The notes under the pieces: generated by a model | What the model was told of the DNA's origin: nothing | The model's database searches: none | Seen by the model: the letters and a program-made list of their open reading frames with translations, nothing else | Assembly: GCA_008632985.1 (NCBI GenBank) | Contig: QPGO01000111.1 | Coordinates: forward strand, 1-64,000 | Direction: 5' to 3' | Length of the DNA stretch: 64,000 nt | Source of the DNA: Psammoneis japonica | Taxonomy: Eukaryota | Shown: positions 56,692 through 64,000 of the stretch, in pieces | Layout: the number at the start of each line of letters is the position of its first letter | Numbering within the stretch: the stretch's first letter is position 1 | Position numbers and translations under genes: made by a program

Positions 56692-59600
56692 ATGGGGTTG
56701 GGGTTTCGTTTACCAGAAGCGTATCATTATCCAGAAGGGCAGAAAGTTGTCGAACCTCATGAAAATGATGTGCTCTGCGGGAGAGGCGGAGGTTCAAATA
56801 GTCACCCGGGCAACATGTGGTTCAGACGTCTCGTTTATTGCAATCGTCCTCTGTACCGAGCGTCTCCCAAACACACCAAGCTTGTCGTTGCCAAGGCTAT
56901 TGTTCAGTGCGTTCACGAGCAAATTCCTCCGGGACGATTTCTGGAACACAACAAGGAGACGGGCATGTACCACGTCGTCCCGTACAAGCGAGCCGTCGAG
57001 AAGAGCTCCCAGTCACTCCGTGAAAAGAATGACGAAGAAAAGATGCGAGAGGCACAAGAGGAAAAAGCAGACGCCAAGTCCAAGAAGGCTCCTTTTGACC
57101 CAAAACAGAAAAAGAATCATACCGTACCAGTTCCGCTCAATCCCATGGGAACGCCCGTGGATGGGAGTGAAATCAAGTTATTGCATCATTCACTGTGTAC
57201 GAAGAGCAAAGAACTGATAAAGAAGAAGACACTCGAAGCAGCTTCTCAGGCTAATACTACGGCAGCAACGACGAAGAAGAGAGAATTGCCCACTGCGGCA
57301 GCGGCAGCAAAGAGAGGTTTGCCACCGTTGAAGGCCAATACGGTAGCGGCAGCGAGGGGAGGAATGCCCAAGATGGCAGTGGGACCGGGAGGAATGCCCA
57401 ATACCGCGGCAGCGGCACCGGGAGGAATGCCCCACATGGCACCTCCGTTTGGAATGATGCCGCCCGGAGCCATGAATGGAAATTATCCGCCCATGAGGAA
57501 CCCTTTCCTCTTCATGTCAATGAATGCTGGAAGAAACGCCTTTCCTCCGGCAGCCGCCATGAAGGGTGCGTCTGCGGGAAATACGGGTCCAACCAACATC
57601 ATCACGACGCCCTCTATCCAGAAGGGTGCTGCTGCGGGCAATCCAAAGCTCGCACCGACGTCGGCGCCCCTAGCAGGACCGAGTGAAACGAACAACATGA
57701 CGCATAGTACGGAACATCCCAACGGACAACTTCCAGGCCTTCCTGCCACGAACGCAAGCAGTGATACAGATGATGCTCAGAAGAAAGTGGCTGAAACTAG
57801 TACGACCGCGGCTCCTGCTGCTTCTGATTTGAAGTGTCAAGAGGCGGGTGAGACACAGGCGCCTGATACAAGTACTCTCCCTCCAGGGCTGTCCAAGTTA
57901 CCGACCAATACAACGATCCATCCAGAGCAGCACCTCAAGAACCAATTTATGGCAAATCAAATGACGATGGCGACGGCGGGTTTCGGTATGCCAATGAACC
58001 CCGAGCTATTCAAGGGCCAAATGGCAGCAGGTATAAGCCCATACTTTCCCATGATGCCCATGGCCAATGGTATGAACCCTCAAGGACTGGCGGCTACCAT
58101 GGCGGCCGGTGCTGGTGGCATGAATTCTAACAGTTCCGTAGCTGCTACGACTCCGGCTCCTACTGGCGTCAATGCTCAGGGTTCTGGAGCTACTGAGACC
58201 GAAGCTCCGAGTGCGACGAATGGCCAAAACGTTGCAGCTACTACGGCGGAAGCTTCCAAGGGTCCGAACGCTCAGAATGTTGCTCAAGGACCTCCAACGA
58301 CGTTGCCGGCCATTGGAAAACTTGTAACTACCACGACGGTGGCTACTACTGACCAACCCCTTGCAGCTACTACGACAGCAGCTCCGGCTGGTAAAAATCT
58401 CGCAGCCACTACGACAGCAGCTCAAGCTGGTGTGGATGTCCAAAATCTTGAAATGAAGACAGAGGCTCCGGCTGTACCAACAACGAATTTTCCGAAACCG
58501 TCAGATACAGAGGCGACTGATACGAGCTCTATCGCAGCCGCGGCACCTACCGCAGGATCGACACAAGGCGGCGCTGCTGCTGAAACAAAGTTACCAACTA
58601 TGGAGGAGCTCAAGAAGCAAATGGAAATGCTCAATCAGGGCGTGCCGTTGAATCAGGAGCAACTCGACAGTCAAATGGCGGCGTTGAGCCAGCAGGAGCA
58701 AGTCACGAATCAAACGGCAATGTTGAGCCAGCAGGATCAACTCAAGAGTCAAATGGCTGTGTTGAACCAGCAACAGCTGCTCCAGAGACAAATGGCGGCT
58801 GTGAACCAGATTACGGCTTTGAACCAGCAGGAGCAGCTGAAGAGACAAATGGCGTCTTTCAAACAGCAGCAAGAGGAGCAACTGAAGAATTCTATGACCC
58901 AAGAGCAACTCAAGAGTCAAGGGCAGCCCAACACCCCAACAGGGAATATGAACCAGGATCATATCAAGTTTCAAGAGGCGAGTTCATTGTCCCAGGAGCA
59001 ACTGAAGAATCAAATGGCGAGCTTGAACCAGCAGCAGCTTAAGAGTCAAATGGCGAATTTTGGTTCCTTTCCGTTCATGAATCCTCACCTCCCCTTTGCA
59101 ATGCCACCGGCAAATGGGAATGCGCCGAAATCCGGAGTGCCTCCCGCGGCTCTGGCGTCCGCAACGAGTACCGCCTCCACAGCGAAATCTGCGGATAGTG
59201 CAGATTCGGGCACAACTGCCCAACCAACGATCCCTGCAATGTCCTCCAACGAGGAACAGCTCAAGATGCAAATGGCAAACTTTGGCTCTCCGTTGATGAA
59301 TCCATCTCTTCCTTTTCCAATGGCAGCCGCTGAGGGTACCGGTATGCCTGCTATGGGCTCGATGAATTCTGGGGAACTGTCAGAGTCTGCGTCAATGGAA
59401 TTGGAACTCCAAAGACAAATCGTACTCTTGGAGCAAATCAAGAGAAACATAGCGTACACCGGTCCTCCTGCCTTGAATCCAATGCTTTCAGGGCCTCTAC
59501 CGACCACGAAAGATTCGAGTTCTAAGGAAGGAACTGCAGAGGTGGCTACTCCAGAAACCCCTACTCCGACTGTTCAGAAACCACTTGTAGGGGCTTCTGG

Positions 59601-61008
59601 TTTCGGTACCCCAACCGCGGCTTTGAAAGATGTCACTGCCCAAGCCCCATCGCTTACCCAATTGCAAACTCAAGCGTCAGCGCCTCCCCAAGTGCAGACT
59701 CAGGTATCAGCAATGACCCAAATGCAGCCTCAAGCACGAACCCCGGCCCAAGCAACAGCTCAAGTGCCAGCGACAGCCCAAATGCAGCCTCAAATACCTT
59801 TTCCAGCCCAGATGCCACCAGGGATGCCCGCAATGTTCAACTGCATGCATCCCATGCATCGAATGCCAAACGGTTTTGTCCCTCCTTTTATCAATCCGCG
59901 GGCTCCGTCTTCAAGGATCTTTTTCGATGCAAAGGCTTCGAAACCTCCGGTAAAGGTCTTTATTCCTCCGAGACCACCGAAACCGCCTCCCAAGCCTCCA
60001 AAGACGCCAAAACCGCCAGCGCCAACGGAAGCGGATCTCGCAATGTGGGCGCCACAAATGAGCAGTGATCTCAAGGCTCAAATGTCTGGATACGCGTTGC
60101 AAGCTTTGCAGAGTGCTGGGGCCATTTCGACGGATGGCGTTTCGAATCCTTCTGTCACCAATTTCATACTTGCAGGCAAGCCACCGGCCAAGCCACCGGC
60201 CAAGCGCTCTTTTAAGGATACGTTTGGAACGGGAAGGAGCCGCAATCACCGCATGCTTCCCACCAAGAGGCGTCGAATCGAAGACGACGACGATGACGAG
60301 GAAACTGACATGGCTGTTCCTCCGCCAACCGAACCATTACAAGACCGCGCCTCCAGCATGTTTCGATATTTTCATGAAAATAAAATCTTGTCGGAAGATC
60401 CTACCAAGACGAAACAGAAAGACTTACCAACGACGTCTCACGACGAGGAGTCTCCGCTTACCATGTTGATGAAAGTGGCCACATCGGAACTGGTACAAAA
60501 CGAAAATGAAGAAAACATGAAGCGAGTCCAATCGTCGTCGTCGTTATGCCCTGCCGACTTGACGAGAACCACCACGGCATGCAGTGATTTGACAGCTAAT
60601 AGCACATTACCTTTTCCACAAGATGAAGAGGTCCGCCATCCGGGTGAATCGATCGCCAAGGCTTCGGCCACGTTGAATCGCAGCATGACGAATCAAATGT
60701 CGGATTGGTTCAAGTCGTCCTTTCTGCATTCTCCAGAGCAAGAACAAATGCTACCCAATCTCCAGCACGCGGCGAGTAGCAACAGCATGCTTCTTCCGCC
60801 CGTGTTGTCACCGGCACCGAGTTCCAATAATTTCTTGCATAAGCTGGCGCCGGGTCGATTGCTGTCTGGCTTTTCTTCCATGTTTCATCCATCCCAACGA
60901 GTGGGTGGTGGTACCACGACGAAAAGTACAGGGTCCTTGTTGGATGACTATGAAGAAACGGATTTGGAAGCCAAAATGCGAACCGTGCCGACCAACACTA
61001 CAGACTGA
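56692..61008 (+). CDS. DUF6824-type domain protein (putative diatom DNA-binding regulator) with long low-complexity Q/P/M/A/T regions
   Basis: PHENDVLCGRGGGSNSHPGN..FR.LV...Y....K..K..VA..IV..V....PPGRFL...EKSSQSLRE in a 1438-aa ORF. Confidence 0.85.
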   Translation: MGLGFRLPEAYHYPEGQKVVEPHENDVLCGRGGGSNSHPGNMWFRRLVYCNRPLYRASPKHTKLVVAKAIVQCVHEQIPPGRFLEHNKETGMYHVVPYKRAVEKSSQSLREKNDEEKMREAQEEKADAKSKKAPFDPKQKKNHTVPVPLNPMGTPVDGSEIKLLHHSLCTKSKELIKKKTLEAASQANTTAATTKKRELPTAAAAAKRGLPPLKANTVAAARGGMPKMAVGPGGMPNTAAAAPGGMPHMAPPFGMMPPGAMNGNYPPMRNPFLFMSMNAGRNAFPPAAAMKGASAGNTGPTNIITTPSIQKGAAAGNPKLAPTSAPLAGPSETNNMTHSTEHPNGQLPGLPATNASSDTDDAQKKVAETSTTAAPAASDLKCQEAGETQAPDTSTLPPGLSKLPTNTTIHPEQHLKNQFMANQMTMATAGFGMPMNPELFKGQMAAGISPYFPMMPMANGMNPQGLAATMAAGAGGMNSNSSVAATTPAPTGVNAQGSGATETEAPSATNGQNVAATTAEASKGPNAQNVAQGPPTTLPAIGKLVTTTTVATTDQPLAATTTAAPAGKNLAATTTAAQAGVDVQNLEMKTEAPAVPTTNFPKPSDTEATDTSSIAAAAPTAGSTQGGAAAETKLPTMEELKKQMEMLNQGVPLNQEQLDSQMAALSQQEQVTNQTAMLSQQDQLKSQMAVLNQQQLLQRQMAAVNQITALNQQEQLKRQMASFKQQQEEQLKNSMTQEQLKSQGQPNTPTGNMNQDHIKFQEASSLSQEQLKNQMASLNQQQLKSQMANFGSFPFMNPHLPFAMPPANGNAPKSGVPPAALASATSTASTAKSADSADSGTTAQPTIPAMSSNEEQLKMQMANFGSPLMNPSLPFPMAAAEGTGMPAMGSMNSGELSESASMELELQRQIVLLEQIKRNIAYTGPPALNPMLSGPLPTTKDSSSKEGTAEVATPETPTPTVQKPLVGASGFGTPTAALKDVTAQAPSLTQLQTQASAPPQVQTQVSAMTQMQPQARTPAQATAQVPATAQMQPQIPFPAQMPPGMPAMFNCMHPMHRMPNGFVPPFINPRAPSSRIFFDAKASKPPVKVFIPPRPPKPPPKPPKTPKPPAPTEADLAMWAPQMSSDLKAQMSGYALQALQSAGAISTDGVSNPSVTNFILAGKPPAKPPAKRSFKDTFGTGRSRNHRMLPTKRRRIEDDDDDEETDMAVPPPTEPLQDRASSMFRYFHENKILSEDPTKTKQKDLPTTSHDEESPLTMLMKVATSELVQNENEENMKRVQSSSSLCPADLTRTTTACSDLTANSTLPFPQDEEVRHPGESIAKASATLNRSMTNQMSDWFKSSFLHSPEQEQMLPNLQHAASSNSMLLPPVLSPAPSSNNFLHKLAPGRLLSGFSSMFHPSQRVGGGTTTKSTGSLLDDYEETDLEAKMRTVPTNTTD

Positions 61009-61423
61009 CAGGTCATGAAGATAGAAATATTTTGAATATAGGGGAAACAAAAATTGATTGAACTGTGTTTTTGCAGAGTGGCGCTCTTGCTCTAGCGCCC
61101 TGCTCTATAGATGCTGCTGCGGCATACTTCTTTATACAACCATTCACTTGATTGGATCGGGTTGTCACGACAAACAACTACTGCGGCAGTATCGTGCACT
61201 AGCTAGAGGTAAAGCAATTCCAAAATTGCAACTGACTTTGTAGTATAGATGGCTCTGCAACTCTACATTTTTTCATGTACATTTTGAAGTCATGAAGCTA
61301 GAAATATCCGTACATGAGCTAGGTACAGGTAACAAAGACAATGTATTCTGATAGAAAAGGAAACAGTCTTGTTGTTGTACATTACAATCTCAAAGCACCA
61401 CTTCGTATTAATAGCGAACGGGA

Positions 61424-61984
61424 TTATCTAACGACACTTTTACTGATCACCTCAGCATCAATAATGTCATCGGCTGAGTTTGGTCCAATCACCCGAATGC
61501 CTTCGAGGACCTCTGCGTCGACGTAGATTTTTGGTTCTTCTTGGTGCCGAGTGTCCTTTTTGTCTGAAATTCCACGAAAGAGTTCCTCGTCTTCAACGTC
61601 CTCATAAAGTTGGTTCTGAGTGCTCGTCCATTGATCCTTGGCATATTGTTTAGGTTTTTGAAACCGAGACTTGAGTTGCCGAAAACCTTCCTTGACACCT
61701 GCCGCTACTTCCTGACCCATCTTGGCGGCGACATTGCGCGTCGCCTTGCCCAGTGCCTTGAGATCGTCAGTCAAGTCACTGTCACTGTTCTCGGTCGCAT
61801 GCAAAGTGGTGAAAGTCGGATTGACACGTGGCATTGTCATTGCAGTACTATGCTGGATTGATGCTGATCTGTCAGAGGGAATCGATCTGCTGTTGAGCGA
61901 GACAACGAAGGGCGATGCCTTCGGGACAAGAGCTGACGAGGCGATTGCCAAAAATGCACAAGTTGTGGCGGTTGCTCGGACCAT
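61424..61984 (-). CDS. Hypothetical protein with a bipartite-type presequence
   Basis: Signal peptide ending ASP-F, a Ser/Thr-rich transit-like region, and C-terminal VDAEV/IDAEV motifs. Confidence 0.65.
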   Translation of the reverse strand: MVRATATTCAFLAIASSALVPKASPFVVSLNSRSIPSDRSASIQHSTAMTMPRVNPTFTTLHATENSDSDLTDDLKALGKATRNVAAKMGQEVAAGVKEGFRQLKSRFQKPKQYAKDQWTSTQNQLYEDVEDEELFRGISDKKDTRHQEEPKIYVDAEVLEGIRVIGPNSADDIIDAEVISKSVVR

Positions 61985-62199
61985 GATCAGTGTGTTTGTT
62001 GTTGTAATGTGAGTTTGAAATGTTATGCGCAAAGTGGATTCGTCTCTTTATGAGAGAACATTGAGAAAGAAAAGAAAAGAGGAAGAGAAATCTTTCGAGT
62101 TTCAAGTTGTTCGTGATTGATGATTCGTGACACCTGACACCGTTTCTTCGAAAATCTATTTTGTGTGTGTCGTCAGTCGGATTCGGCCGTTGTGTAGCA

Positions 62200-64000
62200 T
62201 CTCTGTAATGACCCTACGTAGGAATGGAATCATGCATGATTGAGTTGAGTCAGTCATGCCTGATGACGATGGAGCCGATCTTTTTGAAAATCTATCGGCA
62301 TGCAGCACAGACCGCAGGCCGAAAGGGTGCAAATTCCCTTGTTTGCATGGCATGTGTTTGCAAAAAGCATCAAAACAGCTGATGCTTTTAAATCATTTAT
62401 GACACAATCATGGAAAAAATGCCCCCAAATGCTCTCTGCCTCTGCACTCGTCTCGCTCCACAAACAACATGAGACGGCAACGGCAGAAATGCCGCTCGAG
62501 CTCAATGGAGGTGGGGCAGCTGGCACCTGCCTTCACAACATCGCTTGTGACACAAAAGCCTGCCACATTGTGAAGACAGATGCCAGCCACCCAACTGCAA
62601 TTTTGTGAATGAACGAAGCATTTCTGCCATTGTCGCGCGTTGTTTGCATGGTGAGAACAGAATGCAGTGGGACATTTTTCCCACAATTGCGCCGCAAATG
62701 ACTGGAGCAGCAGCAACATTTGATGCTTTTGCAAGTGCACATCATGGGGACAAAAGGGTTTGCATCCTCTCAAAGGTTTGGGAGGGGGGGGGGATGTGGC
62801 AATGAGAGCTGGGGAGCCCGCTGACTAAAAACATGTGTGTGCCCAGCTTTTGGCGAGCACTGCCACGCTGCCACATGACAAAACTGGCTGTCCCGCTGAT
62901 TCTGCCCCCTGAACCTTCAAGCCTGGCAGACTGAGCTGCTCTCACCATCTGCTTGCCACCTCCTCAACCCATTTTTTTGCAGCCATGTTGCAAGCTACAA
63001 AGTGAGCATGGCTCAACTTTGACACCTTTGCCCGCCCAAGCAAGGACAAACAAGCACCAGCAAGCTGGGTGGATGCCAAGGTGGCTCCCAATGGCAGGAC
63101 TTGCAAACTTGCTGCACACCAGCAGCTCACACTTCCAGCTGCAAAAGACAGTGGTGGTTGGCTGGGGCTGCACTCAATTTGCTCCAAACCTGGGGGCATC
63201 TTGAGAGCTCTGCACAAGGCACAATGTGCTCAGCATCTTTGTTGAAAAACTGCACATGATCTCTGGCTCACTTGCTCCACCAAAACCCTGTGCACAAACC
63301 CTGGAGCACACTGCAACAGAGGCAAAGATTTTGTGGTGGCAGCAGTGCCACCAGCAATTGCAAGTGCCTCAAATCCAGGAGTCAAAAATGGGCGCAAGCA
63401 GCCATTTGAGAGGGCTGCAGCTCTCTGGTCTTTAAAGTGATCATGCCGCCATCCTTGCTGTGCAGCTCCTGATGCGGCACACCAAGCTTTCAGAGCAGCC
63501 TTCCCCTGCACTCCTGTGCCTTTTGTTGGCTTGGACCCAACTGGGCTTGAGTCCAGCCAGTCCAGCAGAAAATGAAAACTGAGCTCCTGTTGCCAGAGAA
63601 GGGAGAAAGCATGGCAGGTTTGGTGGCGGACAAAATGTCCAACCAAGATGGCATGGTCCAGTGTGATGCCATTGACAAAAATGCTGCCCTTGCTCAAAAT
63701 GACATTTCTGATGATGATGCAAGCACCTTCTCCAGATGCCAGTGCTGCTCATGCAATTGCTTTTTCTTGACCTTGTGTTGCTTCTGACAAGCCACCAGCT
63801 GCACCATGACTTGGCCTGGTGTGGCAGCCTCTCAACAAAAAAGCCATGGCCTTCGTGCACTTTGGTGACACCACCGTCAACATGGTGTGCAAGCAAGAAA
63901 GCTCCAAACAAAAAGAAAAAGAAGCTGACATTGCAGAAGAAGAAAGCAGGTCATTGTGCACACCTGACAGCATGGTGCCCAGCTTGTGGTCATCAATGCA
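62200..64000. mobile_element. Unclassified degenerate repeat relic (runs off the window end)
   Basis: Same TpA-poor, TG/CA-rich composition and Tyr-less overlapping ORFs as the identified TE relics. No recognisable domain. Confidence 0.45.

Overview
Eukaryotic genomic DNA, most likely from a pennate diatom (inference: short GT-AG introns, a DUF6824-type protein, CoDi-like copia, bipartite plastid presequences, diatom-style LRR and FG-GAP families). Positions 1 to ~13 kb are a nested transposon graveyard: the 3' half of a Ty1/copia element, a PIF/Harbinger-like DNA transposon interrupted by a complete Ty3/gypsy element (432-bp LTRs, CTTG target-site duplication), and a decayed copy of a neighbouring host gene. 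The rest is gene-dense (about 19 host genes, including a MABP-Sec7-PH ArfGEF, Vps20/CHMP6, ALDH, a sulfotransferase, RBBP4/MSI1, a DEAD-box helicase and an MscS-like channel) and is interrupted by three more TE relics (~30.4-32.5, ~51.2-55.0, ~62.2-64 kb). The main observation is that every repeat-derived tract has lost nearly all TpA dinucleotides through TpA->TpG/CpA transitions (A:T->G:C) on both strands. This erases Tyr codons (Y->C/H/R, including the copia RT YxDD->HIDD) and TAA/TAG stops, while host genes are untouched. It is the mirror image of fungal RIP. Three internal controls (LTR pair, pseudogene versus parent, tandem-repeat units) show the direction and that it acted on chromosomal DNA after insertion. 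It is a candidate repeat-directed A-to-G hypermutation genome-defence system; the mechanism cannot be determined from this sequence alone.
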